Positions 9,866 through 18,741 of a stretch of DNA of 64,000 bases are shown here, one piece after another. Numbering within the stretch: the first letter of the stretch is position 1; every line of letters begins with the position of its first letter. Origin of the DNA: Nitrospirota bacterium (GTDB taxonomy: Bacteria; Nitrospirota; JACRHJ01); contig CAWJRJ010000018.1 of the NCBI GenBank assembly GCA_963845245.1, positions 153,877-217,876 on the forward strand. The letters are read 5' to 3'. The notes under the pieces are model-generated. The model made no database searches. It worked only from the letters and a program-made list of their open reading frames with translations, and had not been told where the DNA came from. The translations under genes were made by a program, and so were the position numbers.

Positions 9866-11771
9866 CGCAGGCTTCTTTTTCCAGGAGGTCGTAAAGCTGT
9901 TCCCTTTTTTCTTTCAGTATATTATAACATCCGGTAAGTTCCGAGACCAGCCCGAAATCTTCATATACCGCAGGGTCGGCAAGCCGTTCCTCAGTAGCCC
10001 TCATCTCCTTTTCAAGTTCCTCTATATCGTTCTCAAGGACAAGCAGCCTCTCGGCCCTCCTGGCCTCTTCCCGTTCTTTCTTCTTCTCTATTGCCTGTTG
10101 CTGTTTGCGTTCCTCCCAGCTCAGCCTGCCCGCGGCAGGCGTGGAATCTTCCTGAGCCTGTGTGGGTTTTTTCTTCTCCAGGTAATAGGTGTAGTTCCCC
10201 CAGTATTCCGTGAGGCCGCCGCCGTCGAATTCCAGTATCTTGTCGGCAAAGCTGTCCAGGAAGTAGCGGTCGTGAGAAACAGCCAGCGCCGTTCCACCGA
10301 AGCTTTTCAGGGATTCTTCCAACGCCTCGCGCGAAGAGATGTCAAGGTGGTTGGTGGGCTCGTCCAGTATCAGGAAGTTTGCGCCTGAAAGCACTATCTT
10401 TGCGATTGCAAGACGCCCCTTTTCTCCACCGCTTAAGTCGGAGACTTTTTTGGTTACGTGGTCGCCGGAAAAGAGGAACACGCCAAGAAGGTCCCGGATC
10501 TTCTGTTCGATTGCCATAGGATCTGCGGACCAAAGTTCCTCGATCACCATGTTTGTACCGTCGAGCCCTTCGAGGCCCTGTGCATAGTATGCCAATTTAA
10601 CGTTGGAGCCGAAGGAGACCTCTCCGGAGTCCGGCTCAAGCGCCCTGGTTATTATCTTTAAAAGGGTACTCTTACCGCTGCCGTTACGCCCGATTATCCC
10701 TACCTTCTCCCCGCGCCTGAGCGTGAACGACATATCTTTTAAAATAACCCGTTCCCCGAAGGATTTCGATATACCCTCGGCCTTCATAACCGTATCGGAT
10801 GTACGGGAAGCCTTGGCGAACTCAAGCTGGAGGGCCTTTTTTTCAGTAGGTCTGGCGGGGAGCTCGAAGCGTTCCAGCCTTTTTTCACGGCCCTTGGCCT
10901 GCTTGGAATTCACCCCGGCCCGCATCCGGTTTATGTACTCTTTTTCTTTGTCGAGCTTTGCGGACATGAGGCAGTATTCCCTGCGTCTGGCCTCTACGCG
11001 GTTCGCTTTCTCTATCTGGAATATGTCATAGTTGCCGGGGAAGTCTTCTATCTTTCCTGAATCCAGTTCCAGTATGCGGGTAACGACGTTATTTAGAAAT
11101 GAGCGGTCGTGTGATACGACGAGGAGCGTTCCGGGGTACTGTTTCAGATACTCCTCAAGCCAGCCGATTGAAACAATGTCCAGGTGGTTGGTTGGTTCGT
11201 CAAGCATCAGCAGGCCGTGGCCCGCCAGCAGCAGTTTGGCAAGTGACAGGCGGGTCTTCTGGCCGCCGCTGAGGGTGCCAAGCGTCCTCCCGAACTCCTC
11301 GGTGGAGAAGCCAAGCCCTTTCAGTGCCCCTGTTACCTCGTTTTCATAAAGATACCCTCCGGAGCGCTCGAACTCCTCAAGCATATGAGCATAGGCTTCA
11401 AGTGCGTCTTCGTATTTTTTGCCACCATCTGTGGAAAGTCGGCTTATTTCCGTAGCGGCCTCGTCAAGCCGTGCTTTCAGTCCGAGAAGGCCGGGCCTTG
11501 CCGACAGCATCTCAGCGAAAAGGGTACGGTCCGCCGGTCCTGAGCCTGTCTCCTGTTCCAGCCAGCCGACGCTCAAGCCACGCGCAGCCGCCTTCTCGCC
11601 GGAGTCGGGTTTTATACGCCCACTGATTACTCCAAGGAGAGTGGTCTTGCCGCTGCCGTTTACGCCTATCAGACCGGCTCGGTCGCCTTCGTTCAGGGTA
11701 AAACTGGCTCCTTTTAGTATCCGCCTTGCCCCGTATGATTTTTCTATGTCTTTGAGGCTGAATACGCTCAT
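9858..11771 (-). CDS. ABC-F family ATPase (YheS/Uup-like)
   Basis: Two ABC domains (GVNGSGKT, LSGGQKTR, LDEPTNHLD; GRNGSGKS, LSGGEKGR), no TM segments, C-terminal coiled coil. Confidence 0.92.
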   Translation of the reverse strand: MSVFSLKDIEKSYGARRILKGASFTLNEGDRAGLIGVNGSGKTTLLGVISGRIKPDSGEKAAARGLSVGWLEQETGSGPADRTLFAEMLSARPGLLGLKARLDEAATEISRLSTDGGKKYEDALEAYAHMLEEFERSGGYLYENEVTGALKGLGFSTEEFGRTLGTLSGGQKTRLSLAKLLLAGHGLLMLDEPTNHLDIVSIGWLEEYLKQYPGTLLVVSHDRSFLNNVVTRILELDSGKIEDFPGNYDIFQIEKANRVEARRREYCLMSAKLDKEKEYINRMRAGVNSKQAKGREKRLERFELPARPTEKKALQLEFAKASRTSDTVMKAEGISKSFGERVILKDMSFTLRRGEKVGIIGRNGSGKSTLLKIITRALEPDSGEVSFGSNVKLAYYAQGLEGLDGTNMVIEELWSADPMAIEQKIRDLLGVFLFSGDHVTKKVSDLSGGEKGRLAIAKIVLSGANFLILDEPTNHLDISSREALEESLKSFGGTALAVSHDRYFLDSFADKILEFDGGGLTEYWGNYTYYLEKKKPTQAQEDSTPAAGRLSWEERKQQQAIEKKKEREEARRAERLLVLENDIEELEKEMRATEERLADPAVYEDFGLVSELTGCYNILKEKREQLYDLLEKEACDG

Positions 11772-12781
11772 CTTAAAAAGTCTCTTGCGAATGCTTTCAG
11801 CGAGGAAAGGGTATCTGTGACGCGGTTTTCGTGGAACAGCCTGAGTACGCCTTCAATATTCGGGTGTTTTTCTATGACGCTGTTCAGGTCGTCGCGGCAA
11901 AGTTCCATCATCTCCGTATGTTCCTCGGCTATTACATCGGCCGTCCTGGGGCGCCCAGTCAGGAACGAGACTTCGCCGAAGAAGTCATCCCCTCCAAGCC
12001 TCGCCAGGACCACTTCCTCGTCCTTGATGCGGGTGACAACCTTTACCCTGCCATAGCGTATGATATAAAGAGAATGGCCCGCTTCGCCCTCCCGGACGAC
12101 CGTTTCCCCTTCGCCGAATGAACGAAGTTTCATCCTGCCCATGAGTTCCATTAACTCCACGGCAGTGAGCTCTGAGAGAAGGGCGGAGTTGTGCATGCCC
12201 GGGGCATCTTCGGAAATATCGGAAAACTCTACCTGGTCTCCAAATAATACGTCTGCCGGATGATCGTAAGCAGGCCAGTTGCCGCTGTCGCTTAGATTAA
12301 TCGTACCTCGCGGGCTGTCCTTATGAGTGGATATCACGTTTTGAGATGAGGCTTCTTCGAAAGGCGTCATCCCGGGAACGTCATGGGTAACTGCAGAGAT
12401 GCCTGGCACCCGTTTTGAGGTTTCAATCTTTAGCCTTATATCGTCAGTTCTCCGTACGGTGCTTTGAGGTGAGGTGAGTTCGTTGATCTTTTCCTGTACT
12501 CCGGTAAGCGACGGTTTTGTTCTAAGTGCCATCTTATATGTTGCAAGCGCCTTCGGGGTTTCCCCCTGTCTGGTAAACATTTCAGCGGTTTTGATATAAT
12601 ATTGCGCCGCAGTATCGTCGTCATTGAGTTTGACGTAAATATCACCCATCCTGAGCGTGATTGCCGGGTCGGACTTGTCTATGGCGTAAGCTTTCTCAAA
12701 CTGGTTAAGCGCTTTATACCATTGTCCTTTGACCATCATCCCCTGGGCCTTCTGGATGAAATCAGATTTTTCCGATGACAT
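11768..12781 (-). CDS. TPR plus cyclic-nucleotide-binding domain protein
   Basis: N-terminal TPR-like helices; C-terminal VVREGEAGHSLYII...FFGEVSFLTGRPRTADVIA cNMP motif; no HTH. Confidence 0.8.
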   Translation of the reverse strand: MSSEKSDFIQKAQGMMVKGQWYKALNQFEKAYAIDKSDPAITLRMGDIYVKLNDDDTAAQYYIKTAEMFTRQGETPKALATYKMALRTKPSLTGVQEKINELTSPQSTVRRTDDIRLKIETSKRVPGISAVTHDVPGMTPFEEASSQNVISTHKDSPRGTINLSDSGNWPAYDHPADVLFGDQVEFSDISEDAPGMHNSALLSELTAVELMELMGRMKLRSFGEGETVVREGEAGHSLYIIRYGRVKVVTRIKDEEVVLARLGGDDFFGEVSFLTGRPRTADVIAEEHTEMMELCRDDLNSVIEKHPNIEGVLRLFHENRVTDTLSSLKAFARDFLR

Positions 12782-12803
12782 GGCAACTCCAGTATTACAA
12801 TGT

Positions 12804-14174
12804 TTAGTACTCGCTCATTTCGGTTCGGTCCTCGAAACGTGCATATTTGCTGACGAACGTAAGGTTCACGTCGCCTGTCGGGCCGTTACGCTGTTTGCCG
12901 ATGCTTATTGTCGCCTTGCCGCGTCGTCCGCACATGCACGGGCCGTCCATCGGGCACTCGCACCGCTTGTAGAATTCTTCGCGGTATATGAACATGATGA
13001 CGTCCGCGTCCTGCTCTATCGCGCCTGATTCCCTGAGGTCAGCAAGCAGCGGTTTTCTGTCTACCCTGGTCTCGATGGCTCGGTTGAGCTGGGAAAGCGC
13101 TATTATTGGGCAGCTCAGTTCCTTGGCAAGCCCTTTTAGCGAGCGTGATATGTCAGATATCTCCTGCTGGCGGGACTCGGTGTTCCCGTACCCGCGCATA
13201 AGCTGGAGGTAGTCGATTATGATAAGCCCCAGGCCGTGCTCGCGTTTCAGCCGCCTGGCCTTGGCCCGTAGTTCAAGGACGTTCAGGGCTGAGGAGTCGT
13301 CCAGGTATATCTTCACCTCGGAAAGCACGCCAGCGCCGGTAGTGAGCTTGTTCCAGTCAGACTGGGCCAGGTGGCCTGTGCGTAGCTGCTTCGCGTCGAT
13401 GCGCGCCTCGGACGCGAGCATCCTTATCACAAGCTGTTCCTTCGACATCTCGAGCGAAAATATCGCGACCGGAAGGTTCGACTTTATTGCAGCGTTTGAT
13501 GCGATATTAAGGCAGAATGCGGTCTTTCCCATCGAGGGCCTGCCCGCCACTATTATCAGGTCGGACGGCTGGAGCCCCGCCGTCATCTCGTCCAGGTCCT
13601 TGTAACCCGTCGGTATGCCGGTTATCATCTCTTTTCTGTCGAAGAGCTTCTCTACCATCTCGAAGCTGTCCTTGATGACCTCCTTTATGGGGAAGAAGGA
13701 CGGCTTTATCTTCTTCTCGGCAATTGCGAACACGACCCTCTCCGCCTCGTCCAGGAACTCGTCCACGTTCTCCGGCTCCATGTAGGCCTTGGTGATTAGG
13801 TCGGACGCGGAGTTTATCAGGTTCCTGAGGATAGCCTTCTCGCGCACTATCTTGCAGTGGTGGCGTATGTTGGCCGCGTTCGGAATCGCGTTTACGAGCG
13901 CCGCGATGTATGAGACCCCGCCGACCCTGTCAAGCTCCTCGCGGCTCTTCAGTATCGCGGGGAGGGTGATGACGTCTATCGGCTCGCCGGACTCGTTCAG
14001 GTCCAGCATCGCGGTGTAGATCCTCCGGTGCGCCTCCTTGTAGAAGTCGTCCGCCACGATGAACTCGATGGTCCGGTCTATGGCGTTGTTCTCAAGCAGT
14101 ATTGCGCCGAGTACCGACTGTTCGGCCTCGATGTTGCTTGGCGGAAGCTTATGGAGGGGCAGGTCTACGGACAT
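12804..14174 (-). CDS. dnaB: Replicative DNA helicase DnaB
   Basis: PPSNIEAEQSVLGA, AGRPSMGKT, IIDYLQL, SQLNR and DLRESGAIEQDAD motifs; no intein. Confidence 0.98.
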   Translation of the reverse strand: MSVDLPLHKLPPSNIEAEQSVLGAILLENNAIDRTIEFIVADDFYKEAHRRIYTAMLDLNESGEPIDVITLPAILKSREELDRVGGVSYIAALVNAIPNAANIRHHCKIVREKAILRNLINSASDLITKAYMEPENVDEFLDEAERVVFAIAEKKIKPSFFPIKEVIKDSFEMVEKLFDRKEMITGIPTGYKDLDEMTAGLQPSDLIIVAGRPSMGKTAFCLNIASNAAIKSNLPVAIFSLEMSKEQLVIRMLASEARIDAKQLRTGHLAQSDWNKLTTGAGVLSEVKIYLDDSSALNVLELRAKARRLKREHGLGLIIIDYLQLMRGYGNTESRQQEISDISRSLKGLAKELSCPIIALSQLNRAIETRVDRKPLLADLRESGAIEQDADVIMFIYREEFYKRCECPMDGPCMCGRRGKATISIGKQRNGPTGDVNLTFVSKYARFEDRTEMSEY

Positions 14175-14245
14175 GGTGTTCTCCTGTGATGCGTTTTGCT
14201 ATTTGGGAAAGTGTATTTTAGCAAAAAAAAGGAGGTATTAGAAGC

Positions 14246-14274
14246 AAAAAGGGCGGCCCGTTCGGGGCCGCCCT
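14246..14274 (-). terminator. Intrinsic terminator after rplI
   Basis: GGGCGGCCC/GGGCCGCCC stem followed by a T-run on the minus strand. Confidence 0.7.
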
Positions 14275-14301
14275 GATATGACAGTTATATCTGGTATCTT
14301 A

Positions 14302-14748
14302 TTAGTCTTTTTTCGCAACGATGACGGTGACGCTGGCGGAAACGCCGCCCGCGAGCTTGACGCCGACCTTGAACTCGCCGAGCCTCTTGATGGGCTCGTC
14401 AAGTACCAGCTTGCGCTTGTCGATCTCGATGCCCTGCTCCTTGAGCGCGTCGGCAATCTCCATGGTGGTAACGGCGCCGAAGAGCTTGTCCTCTTCGCCG
14501 GCGGAGTGGATAAGCGTTATGGTTACCGCGTTCATCTTCTCGGCCATGGTCGCCGATTCCGTCTGGACCTTCTTTATCTTGGCGGCCACGATGCGCTTGC
14601 TGTGCTCAAGCTGCTTCATGTTCTTCGGGGTCGCTTCGAGGGCGAAGTCCTGCGGGAGGAGGTAGTTGCGGGCGTAGCCGCGCTTTACGTCTACGATTTC
14701 CCCCATCTTGCCGAGCTTTTCGATATCTTCTTTCAGTATGACCTGCAT
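14302..14748 (-). CDS. rplI: 50S ribosomal protein L9
   Basis: MQVILKEDIEKLGKMGEIVDVKRGYARNYLLP; AGGAG RBS; true start 14748 rather than ORF-track 14910. Confidence 0.97.
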   Translation of the reverse strand: MQVILKEDIEKLGKMGEIVDVKRGYARNYLLPQDFALEATPKNMKQLEHSKRIVAAKIKKVQTESATMAEKMNAVTITLIHSAGEEDKLFGAVTTMEIADALKEQGIEIDKRKLVLDEPIKRLGEFKVGVKLAGGVSASVTVIVAKKD

Positions 14749-14789
14749 ATTAGTGCTCCTTTTCGGTTTATTATCCAACAAGAAACGCA

Positions 14790-14869
14790 ATATTACATAA
14801 AAACAAGGGGTAATGTCAAGCAAAAAGGTTTTAAAATCCCTTGACATTTTTATAGCGGGTAGGTAATAT
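14790..14869. promoter_or_regulatory. Back-to-back sigma70 promoters for rplI (-) and tRNA-Thr (+)
   Basis: + strand TTGACA (14841-14846)-N17-TAATAT (14864-14869); - strand TTGACA (14819-14814)-N18-TAATAT (14795-14790). Confidence 0.7.
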
Positions 14870-14883
14870 CTTCCGGATGCAGT

Positions 14884-14959
<76 letters not shown>

Positions 14960-14966
14960 TAAAATC

Positions 14967-15003
14967 AAAGGGTTACGGTTGATTCCGGAGCCCTTTCTTT
15001 TTG
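14967..15003 (+). terminator. Probable terminator after tRNA-Thr
   Basis: AAAGGGTTACGG...CCGGAGCCCTTT imperfect stem followed by a T-rich tract. Confidence 0.55.
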
Positions 15004-15024
15004 TCTTTTTGTACAAATAAAAAT

Positions 15025-15040
15025 TGTTCCACGTGGAATA
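15025..15040. promoter_or_regulatory. parS-like centromere site
   Basis: TGTTCCACGTGGAATA, one mismatch from the palindromic parS variant TGTTCCACGTGGAACA; intergenic. Confidence 0.7.
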
Positions 15041-15409
15041 ATGGTATTTCTTTTTTGTTTGTAAGGTATTGCCTCTGTTTCAGCCCTTTCATCCTATAGC
15101 GCCAGTATCGCTTAAGTCTCAGATTCCAAAAGATATTTAACCTCAGAACTTATGTAAATTTTCGCGCATTTTTCGGCCATTTCCCGCAAAATTCTCTCAA
15201 AAACGCCCTCATTTTGACACGTTTTTTGAGCGCCGTTTCCTTTTTTTTACAATCTTGACTGCGACAGAGGTATACATTCGTATGGGGTTTTATATTTATT
15301 GATTTACTAATAATTAAGTGTATAATACTTCAAGCAATAACAGACAATACCGAGTAAACACACACTACGCAGCAATTTTCGTTTTTTATTTATAAACCGA
15401 GGTGAAAAT

Positions 15410-18049
15410 ATGCGACGGTTATTAATTGCAGTTGTGAGTATTGCATGGGTGATGATGTTCTGCGGAACGGCTTTTGCGCTTACCGATACTGTAACGACTA
15501 TCTCGTCCAGCTCTCTAAATCACTCTTCTTCATACGGCACATCAGTGACCTTTACCGCGAAGGTTACGCCGAATACGGCGACAGGCACTGTTACATTCAA
15601 GGACGGGGCGGCCACGCTCGGCACAGGGACTCTATCCGGCGGCACGGCAACATACAACACGCCTGCTCTGACATTAGGAACTCATTCCAACATAACGGCG
15701 GTGTATAGCGGTAATGCGAGCTATGCCGCCTCTACATCTCTGGCCATCACCCAGACGGTAACCACCTTGACCGTTCCGCCGCTTACGTTTGCGGCCAGGG
15801 TTGACTATGGAGCCGGAGATTATCCCTATTCGGTTGCGACTGGCGACTTCAACGGCGACGGGGTGCTGGACCTTGCGGCGGTGAACTACGAAGGCAATAA
15901 CGTGTCCGTCCTGCTGGGTAACGGCAACGGCACATTTGCGGCCAAAGTAGATTACGGCGTAGGCATTTATCCTTTTTCAGTTGCAGCCGGGGACTTCAAC
16001 GGCGACGGGAAGCTGGACCTTTCGACGGCTAATTGGGGCGACAATACCGTATCCGTCCTGCTGGGTAATGGGGACGGCACATTTGCCGCGAAGGTTGACT
16101 ATGACGCCGAGCCTAATACGTTATCAGTTGCAGCCGGGGACTTCAACGGCGACGGGAAGCTGGACCTTGTGACGGCGAATCTTAACAGTAATTCCTTGTC
16201 AGTCCTACTGGGCAATGGGGATGGCACATTTTCGGCGAAGGTTGACTACGGCGCCGGGAGTAGTCCTTTTTCAGTTGCAGCCGGGGACTTCAATGGCGAC
16301 GGGGTGCTGGACCTTGCGACGGCGAATGATGCTAACAACACCGTGTCCGTCCTGCTGGGCAACGGCGACGGCACATTTGCGGCCAAGGTTGACTACGGTG
16401 TCGGGTCCATCCCGTATTCAGTTGTACCCGGGGACTTCAACGGCGACGGGAAGCTGGACCTCGCGACGGCCAATAGGGGCAGCAATAACGTGTCCATCCT
16501 GCTGGGTAACGGCGACGGCACATTTGCGGCCAAGGTTGACTACCCCACCGCCTCGCTACCTGATTCAGTAGCGGCTGGCGACTTCAACGGCGATGGGAAT
16601 CTGGACCTTGCGGCGGCGAATTACGGCAGCAATAACGTGTCCGTACTGCCGGGTAACGGGGATGGCACATTTGCGGCGAAGGTGGACTACGGCGTCGGAA
16701 CGTTCCCTCGTTCAGTTATTGTCGGCGACTTCAATGGCGACGGGAAACCGGACCTTGTGGCGGCTAATTACGCCAGCAAAAACGTTTCCGTCCTGCTGGG
16801 CAGCTCGATTTGCCAGACTGTAACAATCGTTGCATCATCGTTCAACCCTTCGGGATTTGGCTCGTCCATTACCTTCACCGCCACGGTTACGCCGTCTGCG
16901 GCTACGGGGACGGTTACATTCAAGGACGGCGCGACGACGCTTGGCACAGGCACGCTCTCTGGCGGTACGGCCACTTTCGCCACGTCCACGCTGTCAGTAG
17001 GAGACCACTCCATCACGGCGGAATACGGCGGCGACACCGATGATGCGGTCTCCACATCGACTGAAATCACCCAGACAGTTGTCGCCAAATATTACCTGTC
17101 AATAACGCCTTCGACAGGCGGCACGGTCTTGGCAGACCCCGACAAGACGGCTACGTATTACCTGGATAGTGATTCGGTGCAATTAACCGCTAATCCGTTG
17201 CCAGGCTATGAATTCACCAACTGGGGTGGTGACGCTTCAGGTAATACAAATCCACTGGGAATCACGATGGATGGAAATAAAACCCTGACGGCTAATTTCA
17301 CGAAACTCTTACTATATATATCTGACATATCGCCTGGGACTGTGGGCGGCGGTTCAATTGTTACCCTCCACGGTGTCGGTTTCGGCGTTAAAGGTGGCGC
17401 TTTATATGTAGGTCCTGCCAAGGTAAAGACTGCTTCATGGTCTGATACGACAATTATCTTCATCGCTAAAACGGTAGGCTCTTTCCCTGTCCATGTAGTT
17501 ACCAGTACAGGCAGCACAAGCAACAGTGTCCAGCTTAATGTCCTGGCCCCGGCAATTTCTGGTATCACACCTGACCACGTGGCGGGTGGCACATCTGTTG
17601 CCCTTAGCGGCGCTTATTTCGGCAATGCCAAAGGTAGGGTGTACACGGGCTTGACAAAACTAAAGGTATTGAGCTGGACAGATAGTAGTATCAGTTTCAT
17701 CGCCCCTTCAAAAGTTCTCGCTGGCTCTTATCCTGTACATGTAGTTTCCAAGACCGGCGGGGTGAGTAACGACATCTCACTTGATCTCATGGCTCCTGTA
17801 ATGACAGACTGCACGCCTTCTTCCGGGGCTGTCGGCTCGATTGCGACCCTGACCGGGCAGTATTTTGGTACAAAACCTTCAGTAAACTTAACTCCAGCGG
17901 CTGGGAAGGCCATTAGGGCCAGCATAGCTACCGGATCAACAAATACCAGCATAAACTTCATAGTGCCCAAGGCGCCACTCGGTTCATACAGCCTAAAGGT
18001 TAATAATGCACAGGGATCCAGCAACACGTTCTCGTTTACTGTTTTCTAA
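15410..18049 (+). CDS. Secreted adhesin-like protein: Ig-like, 7 FG-GAP/VCBS repeats, Ig-like, InlB-B-like repeat, three IPT/TIG domains
   Basis: Signal peptide; two TATGTVTFKDGA.TLGTGTLSGG domains; seven GDFNGDG..DL repeats; GYEFTNWGGDASG...MDGNKTLTANF; IPT-like SW(S/T)D..I.F.AP motifs. Confidence 0.88.
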   Translation: MRRLLIAVVSIAWVMMFCGTAFALTDTVTTISSSSLNHSSSYGTSVTFTAKVTPNTATGTVTFKDGAATLGTGTLSGGTATYNTPALTLGTHSNITAVYSGNASYAASTSLAITQTVTTLTVPPLTFAARVDYGAGDYPYSVATGDFNGDGVLDLAAVNYEGNNVSVLLGNGNGTFAAKVDYGVGIYPFSVAAGDFNGDGKLDLSTANWGDNTVSVLLGNGDGTFAAKVDYDAEPNTLSVAAGDFNGDGKLDLVTANLNSNSLSVLLGNGDGTFSAKVDYGAGSSPFSVAAGDFNGDGVLDLATANDANNTVSVLLGNGDGTFAAKVDYGVGSIPYSVVPGDFNGDGKLDLATANRGSNNVSILLGNGDGTFAAKVDYPTASLPDSVAAGDFNGDGNLDLAAANYGSNNVSVLPGNGDGTFAAKVDYGVGTFPRSVIVGDFNGDGKPDLVAANYASKNVSVLLGSSICQTVTIVASSFNPSGFGSSITFTATVTPSAATGTVTFKDGATTLGTGTLSGGTATFATSTLSVGDHSITAEYGGDTDDAVSTSTEITQTVVAKYYLSITPSTGGTVLADPDKTATYYLDSDSVQLTANPLPGYEFTNWGGDASGNTNPLGITMDGNKTLTANFTKLLLYISDISPGTVGGGSIVTLHGVGFGVKGGALYVGPAKVKTASWSDTTIIFIAKTVGSFPVHVVTSTGSTSNSVQLNVLAPAISGITPDHVAGGTSVALSGAYFGNAKGRVYTGLTKLKVLSWTDSSISFIAPSKVLAGSYPVHVVSKTGGVSNDISLDLMAPVMTDCTPSSGAVGSIATLTGQYFGTKPSVNLTPAAGKAIRASIATGSTNTSINFIVPKAPLGSYSLKVNNAQGSSNTFSFTVF
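15788..16801 (+). repeat. Seven tandem 147-nt (49-aa) coding repeats
   Basis: Unit starts at 15788 and 15935, continuing every 147 nt, with strong DNA similarity (GACTTCAA(C/T)GGCGA, GGCACATTT). Confidence 0.9.
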
Positions 18050-18146
18050 TCACTTGATTTGCTCGAGCGTACCTGTATAATACTTTCGAACATTAAACCG
18101 GTCGGGCTCGTTGGCAAGGTGGTGTAGGAGAGTCGGGAGAAACGCT

Positions 18147-18653
18147 TTGAGAAGAATATTATTGGTAATGGTTATCGCGCTACTTGTCGCTTCCCAGGCA
18201 TACGCCGAAGTCTTCATGTACCAGGATGATAAGGGGAAGTGGTATGGGGTAAACTCGGTTGACCAGATCCCGGAGCAATACAGAAGCCAGGAGCAATCTG
18301 ATATCGCTCACGAGCAGAAAGAAAAAGAAAAGTTAAAGCCGGAAAACCATGAAATCTCACCGCAAAAATTAGCGGTATTGACAGAGCGGCGCAAGTTAAG
18401 GCTTGAATTCCTGCATGATGCGGCTGCTCCAGCGGATGTAGTTGTGTTCCTCATGAAACTTCCGAAAGACGAGTACCAGGAAATGGACTTTTCGGAGATT
18501 GCAAAGTGGCTGAAGAAAATCGACGAGTCGAAAACCATAGTCAATTCTGATCCTGGATATTCGCAGGAGGATAAGAAGGAACTTATGGATAGGCTCGTAT
18601 ATATAGAAAAAACCTTTTCGGATTTGCTCTCTTCCATAAGGTCACGACAGTGA
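18147..18653 (+). CDS. Secreted hypothetical protein (DUF4124-like N-terminus)
   Basis: Signal peptide ending AYA, then EVFMYQDDKGKWYGVNSVDQIPEQYR; start codon uncertain. Confidence 0.55.
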   Translation: MRRILLVMVIALLVASQAYAEVFMYQDDKGKWYGVNSVDQIPEQYRSQEQSDIAHEQKEKEKLKPENHEISPQKLAVLTERRKLRLEFLHDAAAPADVVVFLMKLPKDEYQEMDFSEIAKWLKKIDESKTIVNSDPGYSQEDKKELMDRLVYIEKTFSDLLSSIRSRQ

Positions 18654-18682
18654 CTTTCTCCGGTCCATTTTTAGCCAATGTG

Positions 18683-18718
18683 AAAAAAAAGGGTTACGGC
18701 TTGCGCAGTAACCCTTTT
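18683..18718. terminator. Bidirectional terminator between convergent genes
   Basis: AAAAGGGTTAC...GTAACCCTTTT stem flanked by A and T runs. Confidence 0.75.
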
Positions 18719-18741
18719 CAATTATTCATTCATTTTTGAAC

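Noticed and set aside
14960..15409. oriC in the AT-rich tract
   Set aside because: No cluster of TTATCCACA DnaA boxes seen and no dnaA in the window
15788..16801. CRISPR array or DGR repeat pair
   Set aside because: Repeats are in-frame 147-nt coding units; no cas or reverse transcriptase gene, and no adenine-specific variation pattern noticed
14960..18700. Integrative island at tRNA-Thr
   Set aside because: No integrase and no duplicated tRNA 3' end seen; the shared AAAGGGTTACGG at ~14967 and ~18688 is better explained as a terminator family
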